A stretch of 64,000 nt of DNA from contig JBHGNT010000001.1 of the NCBI GenBank assembly GCA_043228905.1, forward strand, positions 2,480,001 through 2,544,000, in the 5' to 3' direction. The stretch is from Azolla caroliniana. Taxonomy: Eukaryota; Plantae; Polypodiophyta. Position 1 is the stretch's first letter, and each line of letters begins with the position of its first letter. The position numbers were made by a program, and so were the translations under genes. Of this stretch, positions 22,581 to 36,213 are shown one piece after another. Below the pieces are notes generated by a model. The model made no database searches and was not told the DNA's origin. It saw only the letters and a program-made list of their open reading frames with translations.

Positions 22581-24914
22581 GAATTAGAAAAGGGTGTGTA
22601 CAAAGATGAGGAGAGCATATATGCTTTAAGACAAAGAGTGAAATATAGGGTTTAATAAAAATAAGATGGCAGTTTCAGATGCAGAGAGAGTATACAAATT
22701 TGAGCCATAGGAGTTAAATATTTTTTGTGTTTCTCTCATTTTCTCGAGAGACAAACAAAAATAAGAACCTAGTTTTGATTGATGGAGTCGGAAATACTTA
22801 TGATTTTAGAGTCTAGATATATAAAGTGGATGTGTTTTTATAAGGTTCTTTCGTTTTTTTCCTGATTTCCTTTTCTCTGTTACACATGTTTTGTGGTCAT
22901 CTTACCCTAATTGAGAGATGGAGAAAGACTAGTGGTGCCAAGCCATATGTTTTAAGGTTCGGATTTCACGCTTCTTATCATTACACCATTATACATATTT
23001 CGCCACTATTTCTGCGAAACAACATTTTTTTTCTTTATCATTATTATGACATATATATTTATATGTTTTCATCTTCCTCTTTCTGTACTAGACCTCATAG
23101 GTGGCTTTATTAACTGAACATTCTTCTTCGTTACTTAGTGAACACTCCTTAGTATTAAGTGACATGGATTCAATCAATTCATTTCCTGGCCTAAATCACG
23201 CAGCACCAGACTCAAATTGCCATTGCAATTAGATCAACACATGAATGTATGATGATGAAGGATACTGTGATAAATGCTCAATGACTAGTTGAGTGTGTGC
23301 ATAGTATATATATATATATATAAGTTTTGTAAAGGATTAGAATATGTACATACTCTAGACACAAAATATGTAGAATACGTTTTAAATACCTAGAATACTT
23401 TAAATGTTTCTTAGATTACATTACATTTCACAATTGTTTTATTTATTTGTTATTATTTTTAGGAAATGTAAAATACTTGTTACAAAACACATAGAAAACG
23501 TGGAGAATTTTAAAATGCTATTTCAGAAATGTAGAATACAGACTTCATAGTTTTCTAAACTGTTTCTAAACATAAAAATAAACATTCCTTAACAACTATG
23601 GTAAGAAAGATGAGGAGAAGCCCGAATCGTCAACAAACATGGGCTTCATGCAAGGCTAATAATGTAAAGATGTTGGTTGCCGGGTATATTTGACATGTGA
23701 AGTAGGATCTCTTATTATGGTTTGATGATAATTAGGCCCATTTGTATATTAGAATGTATTGATTGTCGTAGGTATTTTCTAAGCTATAATGTGTGCATAC
23801 TCTTAATACATCATGTGTACTGGTATCATGAATGCATGGATATTGTGTCTTGTATGGGCCATATTATTTATGTTCAAAACAAGGATGGGACGGGTTCATG
23901 GAAATGAAGATGCCCAATTTTTCTCTCCTTATAAATTGTGTGGTAGTTCATGTTTCGAACTGACATAGTTCATGGGGTTAAGATCGATGCTAGAAGAAAG
24001 AAAATATATTCCCATATCCATTGAAAGTGGATATATATAGACATTGTCCGACCAAGCAAAGGTGAACTGCGAGGAATCAAACATAACATGACGGCCCGGC
24101 AGACCTTGAATTGAGCGATATTTAATGTGGGTCCGATATAATGGTATGTATACAACATTAGTGTCTGAAGTCTTGTAATATATCATCTGCATTAACTTGC
24201 ATTAATTTCATGTGTGCGGTTTTTAATATCAACATTTGCATCAATTATATTTGCAAACAATATTTCCATTCTATCATGTGGTAGTATGTCTGAATTGCAA
24301 TAATATGGTTTGGTTTTGTATTAATTTGTTTTCCTACATTTTCCATAGTTATATCAATTTACTAACGTGAGGGGGGGGGGGGGGGTCTCATGGTGAAAGC
24401 TGTAAGATGCTTGCAGGGGTTCAATTCCCCTAAGACTCTGAGCTTCTGAAATGACAAAGCAGACTTCAACATATTTAACTGGAAATTATGCATATCCAAG
24501 TTTAGAAATCTTACATTACATATTGGTTCTCTTGCAGTGGTTCCTACGTTATTTGACAAAACAATTGTAATTTGGTCCAACCAGAGCTGGGGGCACTCAA
24601 TCGACCAATATGTCAGATCAATTAAATTACAAGAGAATGGAGCTGGTCGATGCTTACTATCAAAAATGAATCAAACTTTACTACTAGATATTCAAGCAGA
24701 CTTGATGCACTCTGGGTTGTCCATAGTCAAGAGGCTTTTCAACTAGCTGCTGCTCTTTTATTTTAAAGGTTCTAAGGGTATTCATTCCATTTTTTATGGA
24801 AATAATAGGATTAAAATCAGCAATTTTGTAATTTTTGTCACGCAATGCTTAAACGCCAACATCTTAACATGAATTTTCAATTTGAATAAAGCATGATACA
24901 GTAACTTTGAATTA

Positions 24915-26460
24915 GAGAGTTTAATCAACTCGTTTATATTTATTTTTTCTACTAGACCAACCCTCAAGAAGATTTCAGGTTTTCAGGTGTGCGTTAAGCA
25001 TGAATTACTATCATATACTTAACGCTAGTGCGTGGATTGGCTACAATTAAATTTGCAGCGCAAGAGTGCTGATGAAATTGGCTGATATTCGACCAAATTA
25101 GAGGAGTTAGATGGAAATATATAAGACACCAGAGAGGATAATCATCAGAATCACAAGCACAATCGAATACCCAATTCAACTATGATGGACAAAGATGACG
25201 ATCAACTAAAATAGCGCATTAGAAACAATTAAGTCTTTTAATTAAATATCAACCACGGCATCTAATCACTTGCCTTTCTTTTTGCGCTAAATATAGGTAT
25301 GATGTGTGTAAATATTGTAACGATAGACAATGAGGTCTTAAAATTAGCAAATTTTGCTGCAGAAAATCACTGCATCTAGCACTGAGGATAGCAGCAGTAA
25401 AGGTTGCGCCAAAAATGAGGAAATGTATTGATATCACAAAAACATTTCCTGATTTCCAGAATAATGTTTAGGTTTACTGATTTTGGTAGTAATTGATCAA
25501 ATCGTGTAATCTCCAGAAATAATGATTTGTTTGTCAACAGAACAAGTAAATAATCATTATGAATAATATGGAATTATTTATACTTGTCAAATGATGTTAT
25601 TCAGAAGTCCAAGGATTTCTAGTTTGTACATGACTTACAAAAGAAATTCATATGTGCCATGAATACCATTGAGATTAGAAGAAAAACTTTATGTTTCACA
25701 AGACGTTGACTTTGTTAAATTGTACGGTTTGGATGTTTTTTTAATGCCAAATTTGATTAAATATGCAGACTTATGACATGTTAACTAATAAGTTCCAAAC
25801 AAGTGAACCGGAAAGTCGAGGAATTAGTTGACATAATAGAGATTTAAAATAGTGGTCCTCGCCAATACTACAAAGTCAGTCCCATGTGCACACAAAAAAC
25901 ATGCACTCATTATTTCATGCTCGGAAATCATTGCCAAATTTTATCAATGAAATATGTGCGCCAATAGGTAAATGAATTAATGTATGCACACAGAGAGGGT
26001 CCAATGGACTAAATGACAATTAAAAGTGATCATCTGCATACAGTCAACTGGTATAAACTGTGTTGGCTCTTTTCTTTCTTCCATTGACATGGGAACTTGG
26101 TGGAGACTCCAGAATTAGAATAGTCACAAGACGAAGTCGAGAGGTAAAAAGATTAAGTTTTCCATAACATTTGATAAAAAGGATAATAACATCTACAAAT
26201 ATAATACTGTAAAACATATAAGTCAAGGGGGTGCAAAGTGCAAATTAGGCCAAGTGAACAGCCAACAAATCAAGTAACGTAAATAAATAGATAGAACTCC
26301 AATACAATTAATTCAACGCATATTAAATATTTTAAACAATGAAAAGTTTGATGTCAAGGACTAGTCGCATGTTATTCAATCATTGTCATAATTAGCATTG
26401 TATCACAACTTCATTATTAGTATTCCGTAGTGTACATTAGAATAGATGCAAGAGATCTCA
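24915..26460. repeat. Segmental duplicate of ~29712-31258 (upstream module of gene 31591), truncated just before the TATA box
   Basis: Colinear from aatcaactcgtttatattt to cattagaatagat; then switches to the 8185-type module. Confidence 0.9.
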
Positions 26461-27556
26461 ATTTGAATGACTTTAAATCCAAAATATGATTAACACATAT
26501 AGTTGACAATGACAACTTATAAGAGGTTAAGCCAAAAAATAATGGAAAAGTTGATAGAGCACTCGTTAAAAATCCTAGTGATCATCAATTATATAGACTT
26601 AGTTAGACATGCACATGACAATTGCATGTTCTCAAAGTCTCGTGCTTGGAAATCACTAGTCCCACATCATGATCAATAAAATATGTGCACAAAGGCAGAA
26701 TGAGTTTTATGTATATGTGCGGGTAGACATGTCTGATGACAAAATTGCAAAAATTGATAATACGGTGAGCCAACTTGTGGAGTTTGATTTTGTCGTTGGT
26801 CTAGTGACAGAGAAATTGCTTAGAAGATGGACAAGAACTTAGAGGAGATTGAGTTGAGAAGTTAAGAAACATTCTTATAACATTTATCATAATGACACAA
26901 ACTACAATAATAATAATAATAATAATAATGCAAAATGTATAAGTGAAGAGGTGTGTAAAAGGCAAAAGCAGAATCAAGATGAAAGAAGTGAAGAAACATA
27001 AATAAATAAACAAAGCTAGTGGACAGATATTTATGACACATAATAAGAAAAGGCTGGATAATTATAAAGTCAAGGATTAGTTGGACGTTATTCAATCATT
27101 TTTCAATCTTATGATATTAGCATGGCATGGGCCACGACAGTTAATATGAATATATTTGTTACACATTAAAGTTGCCAAGGGGCTCTCTATAAGAACCTCT
27201 TCCCTATCTTCCCCATCTTCCTCTTCTTCACAATTCATATCCTTGTTTGGTGCGTGCTCAATCCTAGTGTTGTAATAATCTGGTGTGTTCCCAATGCCCA
27301 TCCATTCATCAATCAACCCCCTTATCCTGTTTTGTAATTCGTTCAATGTAATTGGTTTTGTCATGCACATATTGTGTTCTAGTTTATATAGCTCATTCAT
27401 TCATTCATTCATTCATCCGGACCTACTTTATACTGATCCTTTGGAGATGCGTTATTATTGTCCTTGCAGATCTAGACCCTCAGAAATTTTTTGATCATCA
27501 TCGTCACATACTTCTTCTTCTTCTTCTTCTTCTTCATAAGACTGCAAAAGAATATA

Positions 27557-27850
27557 ATGCCTGAAGTAAAAGTTTCAAGCGAGTGGGATGTCCCTTGTAT
27601 TGCCACGATTAGATTACATGGGAATGAACAAGGGTTAGGAGTGACGGTGGATAAAACTACGGGAACTAAATCTTTGCATGTGCCTTCCCCAAGTGGTGAT
27701 AGGAATATCGAAAGTTGGGATGTCTTGTTTGAATACATGATAAACAGAGCTAAAAGAAGGGAATGTGTGGAGATAAAGGAAGGTGATCGCCAGAAGGAGG
27801 TTATTAACATCACTGTTAGTTATGTTAATGGTGAATTCTTAGTCAGATAA
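27557..27850 (+). CDS. Small beta-rich protein, family copy 4 (97 aa, HGN subgroup)
   Basis: First true ATG at 27557, after the intron acceptor at 27469 (the ORF-track start at 27491 is a TTG upstream of the (CTT)n UTR tract). MPEVKVSS...VP..LHGNEQG..VD..TKSLH...GDR aligns with 9428. TATAAGA at 27188. Confidence 0.8.
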   Translation: MPEVKVSSEWDVPCIATIRLHGNEQGLGVTVDKTTGTKSLHVPSPSGDRNIESWDVLFEYMINRAKRRECVEIKEGDRQKEVINITVSYVNGEFLVR

Positions 27851-30816
27851 TGATCAGTTCCCTCTTCATTAGCCTGGCTGACTTGCTTGTTTTGGAAAAC
27901 CCTAAACCCAAAAAAACTTTGAAGATTCGTATGCGCTTTGATTGGCCTTTAGAGTGGAGTGAAATGAATTGTGACGCTCGATTTATTACTTTTTATTTTT
28001 ATACTTAAATGTCTGTTGTGTGTAGTACTTTTTTATTTATGGCCTTTGTTGGAGGCAATCGTCTTAACACCCCCTTTTAATTATATTTATGGTTTGTGAG
28101 TGAAGTAAACACCGTTCTAATTTACATTTATGTATATGTGTAGTAATTTTATTTACTATGGCTTTGTGAGTGAAGACTGTTACACTCCCTTTTATTATAA
28201 TTATGTGGACTCTATAATAAGTTTCTTATAAGGCCCTTTTGGGTCTCTCTCCCACTAGACTATATGCCTCACTCTATATGCAAGTCTCCCTCGTTCAAGT
28301 CATTCGTGAGCGTGAGGTTGAGTTTGATGCTTGAGAAAACAGAACCCCTACTTTGCGAGTGGATAAATAGACATTCTATTGACCAAGCAAAGCTTGGACC
28401 CTGAACAAAATATAACTCAACCACCCAAAATTCAAGCTTAGCATTGGATCATTTGACGACATTATAATGGTATGTATACACAACTACAACATCTTAAGCC
28501 TTTTCATATTATTCACATTCATTTACATTAAGAATGTGTGTAACTATCTATGTTTTCATTAAGTGCTCCGTGCTTACTTTTGCATCATCGTGTAGGGGAT
28601 TGGTTGAAATCCAGGATTACAAAACCTTTGATATTGACACTCAACCACGATATTAGTGCATTTTTAGAGTAAAGTAGGTGCAACTAGCGTAGTAGGCTAT
28701 AATATGATATCTATATATATGCTTCCATATGCACGTGGGGTAATTAATTGTATAAGCTATTTATGAAATTGCATTTTTGTTATAAACTAACCATAATTTA
28801 CCTCATATGACAGGTACAATACCATAGAAATTATTTTCAAACAATATGATTCCATACTTTGAGGTCATACGGTGGTATGTTTTATTATGCATACTTTCAT
28901 TTTGTATAATTTAATTATTTTGAATGCAATATAATACTAACATTGGGTGGCTGGGAAGGGGGGGGGTCTCATGGTGAAAGCTAAATGATTATGCTTGTGG
29001 GGGTTCAATTCCCCACAGGTTCCCCTAAGACTCAAAGTTTTGAAAAGCATGATTAGTTGCGTAATAAATGTATCATCAATAGATATATATATATATATAT
29101 ATATATAAGTGTTTTTTATTTATTATTTCCTTGATTATAAAGTAAATTTATTGCAATACTCTAAAAAAAAAGGTTAGGATTGATTGGGTGGCTCTTATCA
29201 ATAAAGCTGATTGTAAAAAAGTAGTTACATGAGATTATTGCACTAATAATAAATAGTAAAAGCGATTCACATGAATGGCATGGAAGAATATGAGGAGTAT
29301 GTACATTGCTAACATATATATATATATATATATAGGTATGAATGTCGTATAACTATATATATATATATATATATATGAACTATTTAATGCTGAAGGAATA
29401 TTAACCAATTGTCCATATACATATTATATGAGTTTAGTTCTGCAAAATGCCATCTGTACTCCTGTTCCGAATACTCTGTTGTCATTCATGTTTCTTCTTT
29501 CTTCTTCATCCTTTATCTGCCAGAAAGTATAAATTTCCCATACTAAACCTTATCTCAGTACCAGGCCCAAATTTAGGTGCCCTTTCTTCCTTATTTAGTA
29601 ATAATACACGCTTCTTCTTCTTCTTCTTCTTCTTCTTCTTCTTCTTCTTCTGCATAAACTATTACCACGGATTCAGTCGATGATTACTAGCAATGGTTTC
29701 CGCTACTTAGAATCAATCAACTCGTTTATATTTTTATTTTTTCTACTAGACCCACTCTCCTTAGCAACAGTGTTTTTTTTTCACGCTGTTGCATCGATAG
29801 GGTACAATTAAATTTGCAGCGCAAGTGTGCCGATGAAATTGGCTGAGAAATTGGACCAAATTAGAGGAGGTAGATGGAAATATAGTGGTACACCTAAGAG
29901 GATAATGATCAGAATCACAAGCACAATGGAATAATGCCCAATTCAACTATGATGGACAAAGATGACGATCAACTAAAATTGGGCATTGGAATCAACTAAG
30001 TCTTTTTATTCAATGCCAACCACGGCATCTAATCACTTGTCTTTCTTTTGCGTTAAATATGGGCATAAAACAATTGTTGCGATAGACAAATTAGGTCTTA
30101 AGATTAGCAAATTCTCCTGCAGAAAAATCATTGCATAGATAGTAGTGAGGATAGTAGAAGTCAAGGTTGCGCCACAAATGAGGAAATGTATTGTTTGCAA
30201 AAACATTTCTTGATTTCCAGAATAATGTTTAGATTTTACTGATTTTGGTGGTAATTGGTCAAATCGTATAATGTCTAGAAATAATGATTTGTTCGACAGA
30301 ACAAGTAAATATAATCATTCTTGCTTAATAACTAGTGCCACTTTGCCAAGAATAGTGGAGATAGGAAATTATTTATACTTGCCAAATGATGTTATTCAGA
30401 TTTTAGTCGAAGGATTTCTAGTATGTACATGACTTACAAAAGAAATTCATATGTGCTATGAATACAATTGAGATCGAAAAAACAAATAACTTTATGTTTC
30501 ACAAGACGTTGACTTTGTTCAATCACACGGTTTGGATGTTTCTTTAATGCAAAAATTGTCACGATCAAATATTGCAGACTTGTGACATTATAAGCAACAC
30601 GTTCCAAACAAGTGAAGCCAGAAGACTAAGGAAGGAATAGTTGACATAGTAGGGATTAGAAATAGTGGTCATTGTCAATAATAAAAAGTCAGTCCGATGT
30701 GCACACCTGGAAACATGCACTTGACATTATAACGTGCTCAGAAATCAATGATATATGCGCAGATAGGATAGGGTCCAACGGACTAAATGACAATTAACAA
30801 ATGATCATTTGTATAG

Positions 30817-31264
30817 AGTCAACTTGACATATATAATTATGCTTGCTCTTTCTTTGCTTTCTTCCATTGACTTGGGAACTTGGAGGAGACGCGGGAAATT
30901 AGAAGAGTTCGTCACAAGACGAAGTCGAGAGGTCAAGATTAAGCATTCCATAACATTTGATAGTAATGACAATAGCATTTACAAATATAATCCTGTAAAA
31001 CATATAAGTCAAGGGGGGTGCAAAAAGCAAATTAGGCCAAGTCAAGAGCCAAGAAATTCAAGCAGCGTAAATAAATGGATAGAACCCCTATACAATTTAT
31101 TTCAAGTCATATTATAATAAGTTAACAAATGAAAAGTATGAAGTCCAAGGACTAGTTGGATGTGTTATTCAATCCAATCATTGACATAATTAGCATTGCA
31201 TTTCAACTTCATTACTAGTATCATTTATTGTGCATTAGAATAGATACAAGGCATCTCTATAAAA
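30817..31264 (+). promoter_or_regulatory. W-box cassette and TATA box of small gene 31591
   Basis: RGTCAA at 30817, 30931, 31007, 31040 and TTGACT at 30867. TATAAAA at 31258; intron acceptor at 31536. Confidence 0.7.
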
Positions 31265-31590
31265 ACCTCTTCCTCTTCTTCTTCTTCTTCTTCATCATCT
31301 GAATCTCACTTCATCCAAATCCAATTGTTTGGTGCCTGGTTCCTGCGTCATATTGGTCTGGTGTATTCAATGAGCCCCTGGTTTAATTTTTTGTAATTCG
31401 TTCAATGTTATTGGTTTTGTCATGCATATTATCTGGATGATGTTCTAGTTCATTCAAGTTATAAGACTCAAATTTCATTAATCCATAGGGTTTATGCTGA
31501 TCCTTTGGAGATACGTTGTTGTTATGGTGATTACAGAGATTCTATAGCCAACATTCATCATAACTGATCATCGTCATCGTCATCATCATC

Positions 31591-31935
31591 ATGGGCGGCT
31601 TATTATCGACGACAACAAGAACAAGAAGCACTACTGCAGCAATTATAAATCATTCTGACGCAGATGTTACAGTCACTCCTATCATACGTTCTGTTGCTCA
31701 GGAAGTAGCGACCGTGGAGCCACATAAACAGCGTCTGATCACCATCCCTTGCGAGAGTTCCAAAAGGACACAGGAAATAGACAAACTCCGGTTTCAGATC
31801 ATGAAAGGCGGGGAACTGATAAGAAGGCAGGACATAAATATAAATGGATTGGATCTCAGCCCGGAGAATCTGAGGTTCGCTGTGGATCCTGTTTCATATA
31901 TTGTCAACAGACTTTCGCCGGGACAGGATGGATGA
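31591..31935 (+). CDS. Small beta-rich protein, family copy 5 (114 aa, SV subgroup) with MGxxxS N-terminus
   Basis: Paralogue of 22290; C-terminal LRFAV..SY also matches LYFVITSEY of 9428. N-terminal extension MGGLLSTTTRTRS. Confidence 0.85.
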   Translation: MGGLLSTTTRTRSTTAAIINHSDADVTVTPIIRSVAQEVATVEPHKQRLITIPCESSKRTQEIDKLRFQIMKGGELIRRQDININGLDLSPENLRFAVDPVSYIVNRLSPGQDG

Positions 31936-32861
31936 CTCTCATATATTTACTTTGCGGTTTCTTCAGGCAGAACCACCATATTAATTCAAACTTTGCCTTC
32001 CGCCTTCTTTAATTGACAGACATATTCATGTCATTTGGACTTAATTGATTGATTGATTGATTGATTTTTGTCTTCTTCTTTTTAATGACCGCAATGCATA
32101 TTATATTGGCTTAATATAGGTGCGTGCTGTTAATTTTAGGGTTTAACCATGGTTTAGCTAGTTATATGGAGTGGTTGCCATTTGCCATTACAATATTATT
32201 TGATCAGTAGACTCAAAATAACCTTATGTTCTCCTAATTTCTTCTACTTACCATTTCTCTCGCTGTCTAATTAGTTAACTGTCCGTGCTTTTTCCATCAC
32301 CAACTTTATTTCGCCATAGGACCTGTATAATGCAATGTTTCTTTCTTCAGCTTTTTAAACCCCCCCCCCCCCAGTTTTGACTTTTTCCATCATCCACAAA
32401 TTCATCTTATTCTCTGAAACATTCCCATCCATCCTTTCATGAGGTTGACAATAAATCCATTTGGTCTTGACTCTTATGTTTTCCATATTAAAATAATTAG
32501 ATCACAGGAAATTTTTATATCATGCAAATGCCCCTTTATATTATTATAGATTGGTATTTTACAAAAGCTGACGAACTAGTTTACTAGCAATAATAGGCCT
32601 TCTTCAATCAGAAGGTCCTTAGCTCAAGGATAACAGTAAAAGTTTGCTTGTTTCAAGAAAGAAATGTGTTACATTCAATTGTCTGCAACTTAGGGACATT
32701 CCCATTCACAATAATTACATTTGGTATATTCAGTGATTCTACGAATTAATGGGGTATCTGTGAAAGAAACACTTTGTACATATTCTTTTTATTATTTTGT
32801 GGTTTTGCAACTTACATTGATTCACTTTCCTCACTATCATTAACATAAGTTTATGTATAAA

Positions 32862-33366
32862 TAGCAATGGGCACGGTTTCGTCTCAAACCAAACCGAACC
32901 GTTAGACTGTTTATTGGTTCCAAAACAATTTAATGGTTTGGTTTGGATTTTCGATAAACAGTTTTGTTTCAGTTCGGTTCGGTTCTAAAACTAGGGTTTA
33001 TAGGTTTATATGTTTGGTTTAAAGGTTTATAGGTTTTTGGTTAACTTTTTTTTTAGCTTAATAGTTTATTGATTTAATTAATTTAACTTAAATGTTTATT
33101 TAATTTAATGGTTCAATTGAAGTTTCTTTTATTGATTTAATAAATTTAAGTTAAATATTTATTTAATTTAATGTATGTTTGTTTATTTAGATGTTTAATT
33201 AGTTTGATTTAAGTGCTTTCAACTTTTCCCTATAAACGGTTTGGTTTTAAATGGTTTGGTTTAAATACCGAGAGTTCATAAACGGTTTGGTTTGGTTTTT
33301 GTTTTAAATAATTGGTTAGGTTCGGTTCGGTTTCTTTGCCTTGAAACCGAACTGCGCCCATTGCTA
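32862..33366. mobile_element. hAT-type MITE (505 bp)
   Basis: Terminal inverted repeats TAGCAATGGGCAC.../...GCGCCCATTGCTA. 8-bp target-site duplication tgtataaa/cgtataaa (7/8). Subterminal AACCG/CGGTT arrays and an AT-rich core. Confidence 0.85.
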
Positions 33367-33871
33367 CGTATAAACAAGAAAGTATAAGAATATATATTTA
33401 AAGTCTTAAAAACTTTAAAAGGAACTTTAAAATTCCAAATATGTATTATTATTGATATCAGTTTAATTTGACATATTAATATAGTTAATGGAACAATGTG
33501 GATGGCAAAAGAGCAATATATCAAATATATATACTCACTGCCGCGAAGAGTTCCATGGGAAAGGATAATATGATGAAAGTCATATTATCGAATTTGTGTG
33601 TGTGTGTGTGTGTGTGTTATGTTATGTTATGGAGTAGTTAGAATTAGAGAAATTAGGGGAAGATTGGTTGGGAGTAGTTAGAGAAATTAGTGGTGTCAAG
33701 TAGCTAGAGAAATTAATGGTCAAAGTAGTTGAGTCCACGGGTACTTAAGTATGTTGTGTGAACAAAGACGGGGAGGCGAGTTTCTGGAAATTAGGGGGAT
33801 GCCCCCCATGTAATAGTTCCTCTTTAATGCAAAATACCCTTCTCTCTTATTTGTAGAGTGCCCCTTTTCTA

Positions 33872-33909
<38 letters not shown>

Positions 33910-34253
33910 AGTGTGTGTACGTTTATCTTCTTCGTGTGCTTGTTAACTACTGCCACAAGAACCTTCGATTGTGTGGGACAATATCAATAAGTCTTGGATT
34001 TTAAGAACAATAAGGAACCGACGAATGTGGAACCACGTCAAAATACTTTTTAAGAAAAAGTGATGAGTTTAAAAAATAAATGGAGAAATTAGAAGTCAAG
34101 GCTCTCCTTTTCCATTATGCTACTGTAAGTTGTTACATTACAATCACTGCGTCTTGGGTTCGAAAATCAGTTGTCTCACCTCTCTATTACTCACTACATA
34201 CACATCTCTTATTTTAATTTACTAAATGCCACTGAGGAATGTAGAAGTCAAGG

Positions 34254-34298
<45 letters not shown>

Positions 34299-34670
34299 AT
34301 TATTTTTCCTCACCATTCGCATCATGTTTCCTCCATCGTTTTTCCCTTCATCAATATCTTTCCTTGTTTCTTCTGTCCTGTTTCTCTCTCCCTATCTTTT
34401 CCATTTATTCATTCACCTCAATTCGTTGCGTTTGGTTTGGTTTGATTAGTAACTATGAGCTTGCATGATTTCAGGCCATCCCCCGTTTCAATCCCTAAAT
34501 TGTTTATATTGCCCTAAATTGTTTATATTGTGCGCTATGAGCATATATCTCTGATGATATTCATTCTAATTATACGTCACTCATTTTATACTACCGATCG
34601 TCTGAAGTTCATCATTCTTGTTTTTACAGATCTAAAGGTGTACCCTAGATCCTCGCCATTAGAACATAAA

Positions 34671-34803
34671 ATGGGAAATTATGCAAGAGTTACATATACA
34701 AATCCCTTCCCGCTCGATGTCTCCGTCCAGTATATGAGAAAGTTCTGTCATTAATACATGAATGATCGTGAGGGCTGGAATACCTGATCACCGTTAAACC
34801 GTG
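34671..34803 (+). pseudogene. Frameshifted pseudogene of the small-protein family (closest to 53938)
   Basis: MGNYARVTYTNPFPLDVSVQYM, then a frameshift to SVINT*MIVRAG..LITV, matching YTNPFPEDIIVQHMLRSVNNSSTFLKVG..IITF. ttacAGatct acceptor at 34629; W-boxes at 34094 and 34246. Confidence 0.8.
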
Positions 34804-36213
34804 AGAACATATGGAATACCATCCACCCGTTGAGAGGTCAAGACATGATTAAGCTCGATCCAAATTGTGGATAGCACCCCTCCATCTTTAGGTGGGGCAC
34901 CACATCCATGACTATAATTATATGTAGAAGAAATTAATTAGAATTAGATGGGAACACACAAAGCAAAAAACAGAACATGATGATATAAAGCAGAATTCGT
35001 TATCATACTGTAGCATACTTGACTGGCCAGATTCCAATATACTATGCTCAAAATATATTTATGATTACAATTAAAGCCACAAAAACAATTCTCTGAGATC
35101 AAGAATATGTTTCGATTTTTTACTTGAATGTATCATTCTAAGCTGGCTGGATCACTTGAGCCAAGCCAAAAAACCCTTCTCCTCCACCATCATGAGAGAT
35201 GAAGTCTAGTCATTTAATCGAGGCTTCATTCTCCATACAAGGAATGGGAACTCAGCTTTTGAAAGCCAAATTCTCTATTGCCACTTGGATGGTGGTAGAG
35301 GATACACTAGCTAAAGAAAATACTATCTAAAACTCTGTCATAAACCCAAGAGGCGCAGACAGTCTTCATTTATCAAGTTGACCAAATGTATCTTCAAACT
35401 CAAGCAGTGTTATGTTTCCACCACGGGAGCAAACCAAGCTTTTGACAATTCCATCAAAAAGGATGCCAATGGATTCACCGACCTAAACTTATGAAGTTAA
35501 TGTTGACTAACGTTATAGTTTGATCATGAGACAGATCTAGTTAATAAATCTATGAGATTACACACACAAGCTTTCTCATAGATTAATTAAATAAATGAAA
35601 AAGAATGTGAGATCTCTCTCTTCATGATCCAAATCCACAGAAGAGAAAGAAGCTCATACATTATGATTAGATGATTTAACGAAATAGAAAAAGAAAACTA
35701 TTGGGTGATATGCTTTTTCAATATAAGAATAAACTATGCAACCAGCCCCACAATTTATACACTCTCATATGCACACAATTTAAGTCACACGTGTTCATTA
35801 CAATCAAGGTTACAATAGGTAAACCTTGGGCTGTGCTCTTAACAAAGGTTTGATGTCCCCAAAGCTTATGCATACTATGCTTTGACATATTTCTGAGGCA
35901 TCATATTACAAAGGTTCATGCTCTATCACAACATGCCTTTGGCAAATGCCTCTCTCTTGTCTTCCTTGTGTCTCTTTCTCTTTTATAACATATTTCCCAA
36001 CAGACACGGTGCAGAACACCTATCTGTAAATTGGAGGGAAATTCAGCCCATTATACATACTCCTTCCGAGCAAATATCTCAATAGAAATGATATGTAATC
36101 CCTGAGCCAGAGTTCATCCATGATACATACATTTCTTCCACGTGCATTTATACCAAATAACTCTACACAATATGTGATACAAATTTCATATTCGATGTGC
36201 TGTTAAATTAATG

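Noticed and set aside
1878-31117. Recurring ORFs such as 1878-2105, 8918-9148, 14401-14655, 18000-18269, 22031-22225, 30809-31117
   Set aside because: They overlap duplicated promoter or 5'-UTR intron DNA, and frame and length are not conserved between copies.
33539-33957. Solo LTR (TG...CA with GT repeats)
   Set aside because: No target-site duplication and no second copy in the window.
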